Origin: an uncultured Verrucomicrobiae bacterium
GTDB taxonomy: Bacteria > Verrucomicrobiota > Verrucomicrobiia > Chthoniobacterales > UBA10450
DNA: 64,000 nt
Direction of reading: 5' to 3'
Assembly (NCBI GenBank): GCA_963815455.1
Contig: CAWFGO010000001.1
Location: 928,001 to 992,000, forward strand
A program made the translations under genes and the position numbers. Below are positions 37,352 through 48,529 of this stretch, piece after piece. Position 1 is the stretch's first letter. Each line of letters opens with the position of its first letter. The notes under the pieces were generated by a model. The model did no database searches. It was not told the origin of the DNA and saw only the letters and a program-made list of their open reading frames with translations.

Positions 37352-39862
37352 ATGGCTGTACAATCCGATTTCGTCGCCGGGATGTTCGTTCGCGACGATG
37401 ACGAAGGATTATTCAGCCGCGACATCAACGGCCAGCTCGTTCGGTTGGATGCGCCTACCGAATCCGATTACGAAAAAAATGTAACCCTCCAGATCGATGG
37501 CGTGCCGGTTACCGTGCCGCTGGCCGAGCCGTTGACCGATGCCAATGGCAACATCGTCCTCGATTTGCAGGGACGCACCACGCCGCGCTACACCACAATT
37601 TACGATGCCGCTCGCAAGCTTTACGTCGAGCAGGTCGGCGACGAAAAGAAAATTCCGATTCCGGTTCTTTGCCATCAACCCCACATGCATCCGGTCGCCG
37701 TCTGCCGGCTTTGCGTGGTGCAAATCTACGGCCAGAAACGAGGCCGTCGGGCGGCCGAACGCAAGTTACTGCCCGCCTGTCAGCACCAGGTCAGGGATGG
37801 GATGGAAGTCTTCACCATGAATGCGCCGGGGCCCGATGGCGATCGGGTCCGGCAAACTGTGAAAGTCGTGACAGAACTCCTGGCCGCCGATCATCTCAAG
37901 CCAGCGAGTCCCCCCGAGTTGGAGAAGGAACTCGCGGAGTTTAACGAGCTTCGGCAAATGACCGAACGCTGCGGCGCGGACCCATCGCGATTCAAACTGG
38001 ACGTCTTGTCGGATCCGCCGCCGCTGGCGCGGCCGCGGGCCGGGCGGCGCGAGCCCGATTCTTCCTCGCCGGTCTTTCTTGTCGATCACACCGCCTGCAT
38101 TTTGTGCGATCGTTGTGTGCGAGCATGCGACGACGTGAGAGAAAACCACGTCATTGGCCGTACCGGAAAGGGAATCACCGCCGGCATCGGGTTCGATCTA
38201 AACGGTCCAATGGGTCAATCGACCTGCGTTCAATGCGGCGAATGTCTGGTCTCCTGTCCTACTAGTGCGATCACATTTAAGTCCGTCGCTCAGGTCAATA
38301 TTCTCACTCATGACCGTTCGTCAGAAGTGTTGACCGCGAGAGAATTGATCTCCGATCCCATCTTCGCCGGAATTTCATCCAAGTTTTTGCTCTGGCAGCG
38401 GGGCCTGGTCATCCGCCGTCGAGTCCGGGCCGGTCAAATCCTGTGCCGCCAGGGAGATCCCGGCAACACTGCGTTCATCATCCGGCGCGGTAAATTCCAA
38501 GTGACCGTGTTCCCGCGGGCACCCAGATCGGGGCGAGCCGTTTCGTGGTTCGATCGCCGGAAGCCGGTCTTCGAAGCGCAAGTGACTCCCGCGGATATGA
38601 TCCTCGGCGAAATGGCGTGTCTGAGTGGATCGCCTCGATCGGCCAATGTCACCGCGCTCGAAGAAGGCGAAGTCTGGGAGATTCGTCGCAATGTCCTCGA
38701 CCGGCTGATGCGACTTCCCAGCCAACGGCAGCGTTTTGAATCTGAATACCGGGAGCGCTCCCTGGATCTCGCTCTGCAGGACACCGATTTGTTCAAGGGA
38801 ATCGAGCCGGGTGAATACGGCCGGATCGTGGATTTTCTTCGACACCGCCTCGTCTTCGTTCGAGTTCACGCCGGGCAAACTCTCTTCGAGTATGGCGACG
38901 TCGCGACTCACATGTATTTCGTTCGGCTGGGGCACGTCCGTATCAGCGTTCCTCAACACGGCCGCGAGGCCAAGGTCATTTCGTCCGGGCCGGGCGCAGT
39001 TCTTGGCGAGATCGGGTTACTCGCCTTAACTCCAGCCGATGAACGAAAAACGGCCGATGAAGTCGATCGCGCGGTGAAAGCAGCGCTCGATCAGGCGGGC
39101 GACGACCTGACCCGGGTTTTTCCGCCAGGCCACCGTTCCGCAACCTGTTCTGCCTTGAATCATCTGGAATTGACTCAGCTTAGCCGCGCAGATTTTCTCG
39201 AGATGTTGCGCAAGTTCGGCGTGCTGCGCCGACGAATCGTCGAACAATCTCTCGCCCGGTTACACAGCTCAACCGTGGGTCATCGCCTCCTCGATGAGTA
39301 CGTCGCCCAGGGTCTTTACGAGGGTCAAAGCGTTCTCGTTCTCGACCTGGATAATTGCACCCGGTGCGACGCCTGCACCCAGGGCTGTGTCGAGCAACAC
39401 GGGACCGCCACCCACGGTATCCCAATCCCGCGCCTTCTCCGGGACGGACGGCGCCTGGATAACTTTCTGGTCGCGACCTCCTGTCGATCCTGCACCGATC
39501 CGCATTGCATGGTCGGATGTCCGGTCGACTCGATTCATCGAGGCAAGCACCTGCAAATCGTCATCGAAGATCATTGCATCGGCTGTGGCTTGTGCGCCGA
39601 AAACTGTCCCTACGGCAGCATCTTCATGATTCCTAACGAGCGACATCGCTTCGCCGTGGCCGATGTGGGACACGCCGGACAAACGCACCTGGTCGGTCAA
39701 CTCAAGGCCGCTAATTGCGATCTCTGCGATGCCAGAGGCGACCTATCCTCGCCCGACCCAGCATGCGTAGCCGCATGTCCACACGATGCCGCCTTCCGTA
39801 TGACCGGCCCCCAACTGCTCGAGCGCGTCATGAAATCGCACGTCCACGAAACGGACTGGTGA
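37352..39862 (+). CDS. NuoG-N-like Fe-S domain plus two cNMP-binding domains plus four-cluster ferredoxin
   Basis: IPVLC..CRLC..AC; CILCDRCVRAC; CVQCGECLVSCP; GEMACL..PRSA; GEIGLL..HRSA; CTRCDACTQGC; CRSC..CMVGCP; CIGCGLCAENCP; CDLC..CVAACP. Confidence 0.9.
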   Translation: MAVQSDFVAGMFVRDDDEGLFSRDINGQLVRLDAPTESDYEKNVTLQIDGVPVTVPLAEPLTDANGNIVLDLQGRTTPRYTTIYDAARKLYVEQVGDEKKIPIPVLCHQPHMHPVAVCRLCVVQIYGQKRGRRAAERKLLPACQHQVRDGMEVFTMNAPGPDGDRVRQTVKVVTELLAADHLKPASPPELEKELAEFNELRQMTERCGADPSRFKLDVLSDPPPLARPRAGRREPDSSSPVFLVDHTACILCDRCVRACDDVRENHVIGRTGKGITAGIGFDLNGPMGQSTCVQCGECLVSCPTSAITFKSVAQVNILTHDRSSEVLTARELISDPIFAGISSKFLLWQRGLVIRRRVRAGQILCRQGDPGNTAFIIRRGKFQVTVFPRAPRSGRAVSWFDRRKPVFEAQVTPADMILGEMACLSGSPRSANVTALEEGEVWEIRRNVLDRLMRLPSQRQRFESEYRERSLDLALQDTDLFKGIEPGEYGRIVDFLRHRLVFVRVHAGQTLFEYGDVATHMYFVRLGHVRISVPQHGREAKVISSGPGAVLGEIGLLALTPADERKTADEVDRAVKAALDQAGDDLTRVFPPGHRSATCSALNHLELTQLSRADFLEMLRKFGVLRRRIVEQSLARLHSSTVGHRLLDEYVAQGLYEGQSVLVLDLDNCTRCDACTQGCVEQHGTATHGIPIPRLLRDGRRLDNFLVATSCRSCTDPHCMVGCPVDSIHRGKHLQIVIEDHCIGCGLCAENCPYGSIFMIPNERHRFAVADVGHAGQTHLVGQLKAANCDLCDARGDLSSPDPACVAACPHDAAFRMTGPQLLERVMKSHVHETDW

Positions 39863-39890
39863 TTTTCTGGGCGCCGCTAGGGTTGCCCCT

Positions 39891-39939
39891 GGAGGGACAT
39901 GCTTCCGCATGTCCGGGACGCGCCGAAGCGCGTCCCTCC
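39891..39939. repeat. REP-like palindrome between convergent genes
   Basis: GGAGGGAC...GTCCCTCC ends with two inner hairpins. Confidence 0.8.
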
Positions 39940-39969
39940 GCCTGAACAGAACCTCGACGTCGGAAGAGG

Positions 39970-40653
39970 TTAACTTGCGGAAGGTGGCCCGGCTGGCGGC
40001 GATATACCCGGCGCCGATGTTGAGCCTGATGTTGTAGCCGCCTCGCTCTGTCGAGGCGAAGGTGCAGCACTTGGCGTTGTGGCCGCCTTTGCCGCGGCCG
40101 CTTCCGCGGCGGCTTTCTTCTTTGCTTCCGCCGCAGCCGCGGCTTGAGCAAGGTTTGCATCGACATCGGCAGCTTCGATCGGATGAATCTTGTGATAATA
40201 ACCGTTCGATTTCGCGAGATCGTTCTTGCGCATCAGCAACGCATCGAAGCGCTCCCGCGTACTCAATTCGAAATCCTTATCCATCTTGATCGCTTCGAAC
40301 GGGCAAACCTCGACGCAAATCTGGCAGCTCATGCACACCGATATGTCGATGTCGAACACCGCCGGATAAAACTGCGGTTTGCCCAGGTAATCGGGCTTTT
40401 TGTCTTCGCTCTTAATAATATAGATGCACTGCGGCGGGCATTCCTTCTCGCAAATCTTGCACGCCACACAGCGCAAACCCGCCTCCGGGTCGTCGGTGTC
40501 GTAAATCAGAAACGGAAAGTTCCGGTAATTTTCCGGCAACGGGTTCCGCTCTTCCGGATATTGCACCGTGATCAGCCGATCCTTTTCGAAATAACTCCCG
40601 GCGAAGTTACGCAACGTAACCGCCATGCCCTTGAGTATGCCTGTGCCGATCAT
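39970..40653 (-). CDS. nuoI: NADH-quinone oxidoreductase subunit I
   Basis: TVQYPEE, CVACKICEKECP and CMSCQICVEVCP. Confidence 0.93.
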   Translation of the reverse strand: MIGTGILKGMAVTLRNFAGSYFEKDRLITVQYPEERNPLPENYRNFPFLIYDTDDPEAGLRCVACKICEKECPPQCIYIIKSEDKKPDYLGKPQFYPAVFDIDISVCMSCQICVEVCPFEAIKMDKDFELSTRERFDALLMRKNDLAKSNGYYHKIHPIEAADVDANLAQAAAAAEAKKKAAAEAAAAKAATTPSAAPSPRQSEAATTSGSTSAPGISPPAGPPSAS

Positions 40654-40660
40654 GCGATTC

Positions 40661-41869
40661 TCATCGATCCACCTCTCCCATGACGATGTCGATGCTGCCG
40701 AGAATGACCATCACATCGGCCACAGTATGGCCAAGGCACAAATCTTCGAGGACGGTCAGATTGATAAAACTTGGCGGACGGACCCGGTAACGATAAGGGT
40801 TCGCGCTGCCGTCGCTGATTAAATAAAAGCCGAGCTCGCCCTTTGGTGCTTCGATCCGCCCATACGCTTCGCCCACCGGCGGTTTGAACGCGCGAATCTT
40901 CACCTTTGGATTCGCGATTGGCCCCGGTTGAATCTGGGAGAACGCCTGCTTTAAAATTTCGATGCTTTCGCGCATCTCCAGCGCGCGCATCATTAAGCGA
41001 TCGTAGGTGTCGCCATGATCTCCCAGCGGGACCCGAAACTTGAATCGGGGATAAATTCCGTAGCCATCGACTTTGCGTACATCGTAATTTACCCCGCAGG
41101 CGCGAAGCATCGGGCCGGTGATGCCAGCGTTGATGGCGAGCTCGGCCGACATTTTTCCCACGTTCTGGGTCCGCGCGATCACGATCTCGTTTTGCAAAAT
41201 CAGTTGTTCGAACTCATCGAGAAACTTCGGGAAAGCATCGACAATCTTCTTCGCGCGGCCAAGCCAGGCATCGTCGGCATCGACTCGGCAGCCGCCGAAC
41301 CGCATGTAATCGCACATCATCCGCGAGCCGGCGAGCGATTCGAACAGATCGAGAATTTTTTCGCGTTCTCGAAAGGCATACATCAGCGGCGTGCCCCACG
41401 CCCCCATGTCGCTCAGCAAGAATCCGAGCAGCGAGGCGTGATTCTGCAGCCGGGTCAGCTCAGCCAGAATGACGCGCAAATATTCGGCGCGTTCGGGAAC
41501 TTCGATCCCGGCCAGTTTCTCTACGCTGAGCGCATAGGCCCAGTTGTTCGTCATCGAACAAAAATAATCGAGCCGGTCGGTGTACGGCATCGAGCCGAGA
41601 TAACTCGTGTTCTCGCCGATCTTTTCGTGATTCCGATGCAGGTAGCCGAAAACCGGCTTGAGCTTGCGCACAATCTCGCCTTCGAGCGCGACGTTCATCC
41701 GAAACACGCCGTGAGTCGATGGATGTTGCGGTCCCATCGACACTTCGAGCAACTCGCCGTCGAGTGAAGACGTCATCCCGAGCGCAGTCGAGGGATCCCG
41801 TTGCGTAACCTTAAAGCTATCGCCGCGGGATCCGTCGACTACGCTTCGCTCTGCTCGGGATGACATCAT
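40661..41869 (-). CDS. nuoD: NADH-quinone oxidoreductase subunit D
   Basis: MGPQHPSTHGVFR, GYLHR, DRLDY, EAPKGE and GEVDR; no NiFe CxxC motifs. Confidence 0.96.
   Translation of the reverse strand: MMSSRAERSVVDGSRGDSFKVTQRDPSTALGMTSSLDGELLEVSMGPQHPSTHGVFRMNVALEGEIVRKLKPVFGYLHRNHEKIGENTSYLGSMPYTDRLDYFCSMTNNWAYALSVEKLAGIEVPERAEYLRVILAELTRLQNHASLLGFLLSDMGAWGTPLMYAFREREKILDLFESLAGSRMMCDYMRFGGCRVDADDAWLGRAKKIVDAFPKFLDEFEQLILQNEIVIARTQNVGKMSAELAINAGITGPMLRACGVNYDVRKVDGYGIYPRFKFRVPLGDHGDTYDRLMMRALEMRESIEILKQAFSQIQPGPIANPKVKIRAFKPPVGEAYGRIEAPKGELGFYLISDGSANPYRYRVRPPSFINLTVLEDLCLGHTVADVMVILGSIDIVMGEVDR
41771..41865. repeat. TGTCATCCYGAGC-family palindrome inside the nuoD 5' end
   Basis: GTCATCCCGAGC...GCTCGGGATGAC; shares GGATCCCG and AACCTTAAA with the 7849 copy. 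Confidence 0.9.
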
Positions 41870-42558
41870 TGGGCCGTAATATTTTCAGCGCCGTCCAGTT
41901 GCGGTCGCTGTGCGTAATGCCCTTTGGCTCGCTCCAATACTTCATCGTGCGGGGTCGGCTCGTATTCGTAATCGTCCGGATCGCGATAATCTTTCCGCAT
42001 CGGGAAGTCCTCGAACTCGTCCCACATCAAGATCCGCCGCAAATCCGGATGACCATCGAAATGAATCCCATAAAGATCGAAAATCTCGCGCTCTTGAAAT
42101 TCGGCGCTACGCCAGATCGGGGTGAGCGACGGAAGTCGCGCGCCCTCCCTGCGATCGGCCGTCCGCAGTCGAATGATGATCGGGCCGTGTCCGCCGCTGG
42201 ACGGATTCGCCGTGGCGAACTTGAGCGTCATCGAAAAGAGGTGATACACCGCCTCGAGATAGCCCGGGATTTTTTCTTCCGTGGTTTGGTCCACTTCCTT
42301 CTCGACGCCCTCAACGATCGTTTTCACTTTGCTTGTCTTCTTCACCGTGCGATCGAGCCAATCGACTCCGGTCACGTTCGAACAATGATCGAGTCGCAAT
42401 TCTGGATCGTCGCGCAGAAACTTTGCGACCGCGCCCGCATGTTCGTTGTCAATCAAGAGCGACGATTGTTGCGCCGGCCCGGGATTAACGACGATGTCGA
42501 TCTTCGCTCCGGGCATCGTTGATTCGGCGCGCGCTTTGATTTGCTCGAGTGTTTCCAT
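41866..42558 (-). CDS. nuoC: NADH-quinone oxidoreductase subunit C
   Basis: EREIFDLYGI.F.GHPDLRRIL..FPMRKD. Confidence 0.95.
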   Translation of the reverse strand: METLEQIKARAESTMPGAKIDIVVNPGPAQQSSLLIDNEHAGAVAKFLRDDPELRLDHCSNVTGVDWLDRTVKKTSKVKTIVEGVEKEVDQTTEEKIPGYLEAVYHLFSMTLKFATANPSSGGHGPIIIRLRTADRREGARLPSLTPIWRSAEFQEREIFDLYGIHFDGHPDLRRILMWDEFEDFPMRKDYRDPDDYEYEPTPHDEVLERAKGHYAQRPQLDGAENITAQ

Positions 42559-42569
42559 TAGTCAGTGCC

Positions 42570-42661
42570 AAGGTGGATCGGCCTCTCCGAGGACGATGCT
42601 AAAAATAATGCGGCTTCGCCGCCAAATTCCAACATCGCGCTCGGAGATCGCGATCCACCTT
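42570..42661. repeat. Intergenic palindrome between nuoB and nuoC
   Basis: AAGGTGGATCG...CGATCCACCTT. Confidence 0.8.
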
Positions 42662-43282
42662 TCATCGCTCAATTTTCATCGGACGAAACACATCCGGGTT
42701 CGCCGGCGGTTCCAAATCGTGTTTGCCAAACGCCGGCACCGGAAATTCGCTCGGCTGAGTTCGATCCAGATGCGGGGCCTTTTTGTCGCCGGTCAATTTT
42801 TGTTCGTCGATCTTGCGCTGCAATTCCATGAACGCGTGGAGCAACGCTTCCGGCCGCGGCGGGCACCCGGGAATGTAAACATCGACAGGAATGTAACGAT
42901 CGATCCCTTTGAGCACGTTGTAACCCTGCTTGAACGGTCCGCCGGAAATCGCGCAGGCGCCCATCGAGATCACATATTTCGGATCGGGCATTTGGTTGTA
43001 AAGCCGGACAATTTGCGGCGCCATTTTTTTGGTCACAGTCCCGGCCACGATCATGAGATCGGCCTGACGCGGCGATGGGCGAAACACTTCGCCGCCGAAT
43101 CGGGCGATATCGTAACGCGATGCCGCGGTCGCGATCATTTCAATCGCGCAACAGGCCAGGCCAAACTGCAACGGCCAGATCGAATTCTTCCGGCCCCAGT
43201 TGTAAAGCTCCTGCACCGACGTCACCCAGATTCCTTGCCTTTGAAGCTCGCTGCGCAGCCCCTCGTCAATTTGGTTATTCAT
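42662..43282 (-). CDS. nuoB: NADH-quinone oxidoreductase subunit B
   Basis: [18 protein letters not shown] and PGCPPRPE motifs. Confidence 0.97.
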   Translation of the reverse strand: MNNQIDEGLRSELQRQGIWVTSVQELYNWGRKNSIWPLQFGLACCAIEMIATAASRYDIARFGGEVFRPSPRQADLMIVAGTVTKKMAPQIVRLYNQMPDPKYVISMGACAISGGPFKQGYNVLKGIDRYIPVDVYIPGCPPRPEALLHAFMELQRKIDEQKLTGDKKAPHLDRTQPSEFPVPAFGKHDLEPPANPDVFRPMKIER

Positions 43283-43292
43283 CCGATTTCAC

Positions 43293-43342
43293 TGTAGGGC
43301 GTCTCTGTGAACCCCGAAAGCGTTCGGGGCTGACGCCCTACA
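43293..43342. repeat. GTAG-type REP doublet between nuoA and nuoB
   Basis: TGTAGGGCGTC...GACGCCCTACA with inner CCCCGAA-AGCG-TTCGGGG. Confidence 0.85.
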
Positions 43343-43351
43343 ACCTCCGAT

Positions 43352-43726
43352 TCATCTGCCCCACTGTAAACAACCTTTGCCCCAGGCCCAAACCAGACCT
43401 TCGATCAATAGCAGTAAAAAAACGAGAAGGGCGATGAACGCGCCGATCGGCAACCCGGTGAACGCCACGGCAAACGGCACCAGAAAAATCGCTTCCACGT
43501 CAAAGATCAGAAAGATGATCGCGTAGAGATAATACTTCGATTGAAACTGCACGTGCGCTTCGCCAATCGATTCCACGCCGCATTCGTAGGTCGCGTTCTT
43601 CTCCAAGCCCGGCTTCGGCGGCTGAAAAAAACGTCGCCACAGCCAGGCCAGCGCCAACGGGGCCAGCGGAAAAGCCAGCGCCACGCCAACAAAAATGACG
43701 ATAAAAAGGTAAGGATTGGGACTCAT
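43352..43726 (-). CDS. nuoA: NADH-quinone oxidoreductase subunit A
   Basis: YECG and FLIFDVE motifs, three TM segments. Confidence 0.96.
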   Translation of the reverse strand: MSPNPYLFIVIFVGVALAFPLAPLALAWLWRRFFQPPKPGLEKNATYECGVESIGEAHVQFQSKYYLYAIIFLIFDVEAIFLVPFAVAFTGLPIGAFIALLVFLLLLIEGLVWAWGKGCLQWGR

Positions 43727-43781
43727 CGAATCTCGATCAAATTCGCTCGGAAAGATGTGCTGCCAAGTCTATAATTGGGTT

Positions 43782-43958
43782 GTGGACAAGACGGTAAAAA
43801 AATTCCGGAGTTTTGACGAGGCCGAAAAGGCCGATCGCGCTTTTTACAAGAAGCTCACCGGCAACCAACGACTGCAGATTCTGCTCGAACTTCTAGACCA
43901 TGCGCCTGACCAACGACTCGAGAGAGTTTCTCGAATTACTAAACTCCCGCGGCGTTGA
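43782..43958 (+). CDS. Small hypothetical protein, putative antitoxin-like partner
   Basis: GTG start 6 nt after TATAAT (43770-43775); overlaps the nucleotidyltransferase gene. Confidence 0.6.
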   Translation: MDKTVKKFRSFDEAEKADRAFYKKLTGNQRLQILLELLDHAPDQRLERVSRITKLPRR

Positions 43959-44343
43959 TTATATCATCGTCGGCGCGCACAGCCTGGCGTTCCACGGACG
44001 TCCACGCTATACCGGCGATCTCGATATTCTCGTGCGGGCCACATCGGAAAACGCCGGCAAACTCGTCCAGATCTTGAATCAATTTGGGTTCGAGCGGTCT
44101 GGCTTCAAGGAATCTGACTTCACCGAGCCGGAGCAGATGATCCAGCTTGGTCGTGTCCCCAGCCGGATCGATCTACTCACCACTATCAGCGGCGTCACGA
44201 ATGACGAAGCTTTTGCTACAAGGATTTCGGCCGACATCGATGGCATTTCCGTTTTCGTTCTAAGCAAGGATCTACTAATTCGCAATAAACGCGCCGTCGC
44301 TCGACCACAGGACTTGGCTGATCTCGATGCGCTGGAGCATTGA
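43900..44343 (+). CDS. Nucleotidyltransferase-fold protein
   Basis: YIIVGAHS..HG.PRYTGDLD, RIDLL and NKRAVARPQDLADL. Confidence 0.85.
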   Translation: MRLTNDSREFLELLNSRGVDYIIVGAHSLAFHGRPRYTGDLDILVRATSENAGKLVQILNQFGFERSGFKESDFTEPEQMIQLGRVPSRIDLLTTISGVTNDEAFATRISADIDGISVFVLSKDLLIRNKRAVARPQDLADLDALEH

Positions 44344-44388
44344 GTTTTGCTTGATTGCGCGTGAGGCAATCGCTTTCCTTCATCGAAG

Positions 44389-45576
44389 ATGAGCGATGCT
44401 GTCGATCAGATCTTCGTCCGAGCGAAAGAATGGTTACTCTCGTTTCTCGCCGGCGCGCCTGACTGGATCGTCCAGATCGCCTCGGCCTTGATCAACATTT
44501 TCACGCTCCTCGGAGTGTTCCTGACGCTCTTCGCGCTGATGTCGGTGCTGGAGAGAAAAATTCTGGGGCGGATGCAAAATCGCTACGGACCGAATCGAGT
44601 TGGGCCGTTCGGACTTTTCCAGCCGGTCGCTGACGGCATTAAGATGCTGATCAAGGAAGACATCGTGCCCGCGCGGGCGGACAAGATCGTGCATTTCCTG
44701 GCGCCGATCCTGATCGCGGCGGCGGCGATTCTCGCTCTCGGCGTAATTCCCTATGGCCGAAACATGACGCCGTTTAGCATCGATGGCGGCATTTTGTTTT
44801 TCTTCGCCGTTGGATCGACCACCGAACTCGCGGTTTTCATGGCCGGTTGGGGCAGCAACAATAAGTTTTCGATGCTCGGCGCAATGCGGGCGATCGCGCA
44901 GATGATCAGTTATGAATTGCCGTTGATTATCACGGTGATTCCGGTCGTGATGGTTGTCGGTTCGCTCACGCCCGACGCGATTGTCTCGGCGCAAGGCGGC
45001 TACACATTTGGAATTGTGCCGCGCTGGTTCGTGTTCACCCCGTGGGGCGCGGCCGCGTTTATTTTGTTCTTTGTTTCAGGCCTGGTCGAATCGAACCGTA
45101 CCCCGTTCGATGTGCCAGAAGGGGAATCGGAAATTGTCGCCGGTCACATGACCGAGTATTCCGGCTTCAAATACGCCACGTTTTTTCTGGCCGAATACCT
45201 TGGCATGTTCGCGGTCAGCGGGCTCGCCATCACATTGTTTCTCGGCGGCTGGCACCCGCCGCTCCGCGTCCTCGAATTTGTTCCCTCCTACGTTTGGTTT
45301 TTCGCGAAGTTGTCGATCCTGCTTTTTGTTTATGTCTGGCTCCGTGGAACTCTGCCGCGCACCCGAGTCGATCAGATGATGAATTTTGCCTGGAAATTCA
45401 TGCTGCCGATGGCATTCACCTGCATGATCGCCGCCGCCGTGTGGCATTATGCCGGACGCGGCTTGCGCGGCTGGCTTTGGTCGCTTGTCGTGGTCGCGAT
45501 TGTTTATGTAATCTTGTCGATCCTGCTCGACACGCGGCGAAAATTTGCGCCGCGCACATATCGTTTTGCCGAATGA
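44389..45576 (+). CDS. nuoH: NADH-quinone oxidoreductase subunit H
   Basis: ERK..GRMQNRYGPNRVG, ESNRTPFD.PEGESE and TEYSG. Confidence 0.97.
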   Translation: MSDAVDQIFVRAKEWLLSFLAGAPDWIVQIASALINIFTLLGVFLTLFALMSVLERKILGRMQNRYGPNRVGPFGLFQPVADGIKMLIKEDIVPARADKIVHFLAPILIAAAAILALGVIPYGRNMTPFSIDGGILFFFAVGSTTELAVFMAGWGSNNKFSMLGAMRAIAQMISYELPLIITVIPVVMVVGSLTPDAIVSAQGGYTFGIVPRWFVFTPWGAAAFILFFVSGLVESNRTPFDVPEGESEIVAGHMTEYSGFKYATFFLAEYLGMFAVSGLAITLFLGGWHPPLRVLEFVPSYVWFFAKLSILLFVYVWLRGTLPRTRVDQMMNFAWKFMLPMAFTCMIAAAVWHYAGRGLRGWLWSLVVVAIVYVILSILLDTRRKFAPRTYRFAE

Positions 45577-46055
45577 ACAGCGTCGCCTTCGTCTTCATCG
45601 CGATTTTCATTCTGGCCGCGGCGCTCGCCGCCGCCACGCTAAAGAAGTTGATGCACGCAGCGCTCAGTTTCGCGCTCGCGCTCGTCGGCCTGGCTGCGTT
45701 TTTCTTTCTCCTCGGTGCTGAGTTCGTGGGCCTGGTGCAAATCTTCGTTTACATCGGCGCGGTCGCGGTCCTGATCGTGTTCACAATCCTGCTCACGCGA
45801 CGCGAAGCGGAAAAGGACCATGGATTCAACTGGGGCGGCGCTGTTATCGCTGTCGCCGTTTTCGGAGGATTGATTTGGGCGATCTCCCGAACGCAATTGC
45901 TCGCAGTGGGCGCGCCACAAATGGAAGCGCTCACCGTGAAGGGAATTGGCGAAACATTGATGACGAGTTATGTATGGCCGCTGCTTTGTGTCGGCCTCCT
46001 GCTTACCGCCGCGCTGATTGGCGCACTCATTCTGGTGATGGAGGACAAGCGGTGA
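45573..46055 (+). CDS. nuoJ: NADH-quinone oxidoreductase subunit J
   Basis: AEFVGLVQIFVYIGAVAVL; ATGA overlap with nuoH. Confidence 0.94.
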   Translation: MNSVAFVFIAIFILAAALAAATLKKLMHAALSFALALVGLAAFFFLLGAEFVGLVQIFVYIGAVAVLIVFTILLTRREAEKDHGFNWGGAVIAVAVFGGLIWAISRTQLLAVGAPQMEALTVKGIGETLMTSYVWPLLCVGLLLTAALIGALILVMEDKR

Positions 46056-46071
46056 GAGCAAATTTCTTCGT

Positions 46072-46214
46072 CTGGGGAGCACAGGCTGCCAGCCTGTTGC
46101 ATTCGGCGGCCTCGCCGAATGCCTCGTTGCCCACGATGCAAGGTTCTAACAACGCGCCAGAGCGGTTCGCGGCAAGCTGCCGCGAACTACAGGCTCGCAG
46201 CCTGTGCTCCCCGG
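46072..46214. repeat. Palindromic element, GGGGAGC family, between nuoJ and nuoK
   Basis: GGGGAGCACAGGCTG...CAGCCTGTGCTCCCC with inner hairpins. Confidence 0.88.
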
Positions 46215-46232
46215 AATCGGAGTGACCCCGCG

Positions 46233-46543
46233 ATGAATCCCACCTTGCAAACCTTCCTCATCGTTTCAGCGGCGTTGTTCTCCATCGGCTTGCTTGCCGT
46301 CCTGAGCCGGCGTCATGCAATCTTCATTTTGATCGGCATCGAAATGATGCTGGCGGCGGCGAATCTAAATTTCATCGCCTTCTGGCGGTTCGGCCCCGAA
46401 CCGCACCCGCCGACCGGCGTGATCGTCTCAATTTTTTCAATCGCCATCGCCGCCGCCGAGGCCGCCGTGGGACTCGCACTCGTGATCGCCGTTTATCGTC
46501 ACTACCGCACGACCAACGTCGATCAACTCGATCGACTCAAAGG

Positions 46544-46547
<4 letters not shown>
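46233..46547 (+). CDS. nuoK: NADH-quinone oxidoreductase subunit K
   Basis: IEMML and AAAEAAVGLAL..LKG. Confidence 0.96.

Positions 46548-48516
<1,969 letters not shown>

Positions 48517-48529
<13 letters not shown>

Noticed and set aside
37352..38300. Formate dehydrogenase alpha subunit or [FeFe]-hydrogenase
   Set aside because: Only the Fe-S relay is present; there are no molybdopterin or H-cluster motifs
7849..41865. Recurring TGTCATCCYGAGC repeats as a CRISPR array or IS ends
   Set aside because: The copies are dispersed, palindromic and not regularly spaced; no cas or transposase gene is present
40661..43282. nuoB/C/D as a group 4 [NiFe]-hydrogenase
   Set aside because: The large subunit lacks the N- and C-terminal CxxC Ni ligands and has the quinone-site QHPSTHG and DRLDY motifs
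45042..45572. Long N-terminal extensions of nuoJ, nuoK, nuoM2, prcA and glpX in the ORF track
   Set aside because: They overlap upstream genes or repeats; internal, often stop-coupled ATGs give normal lengths
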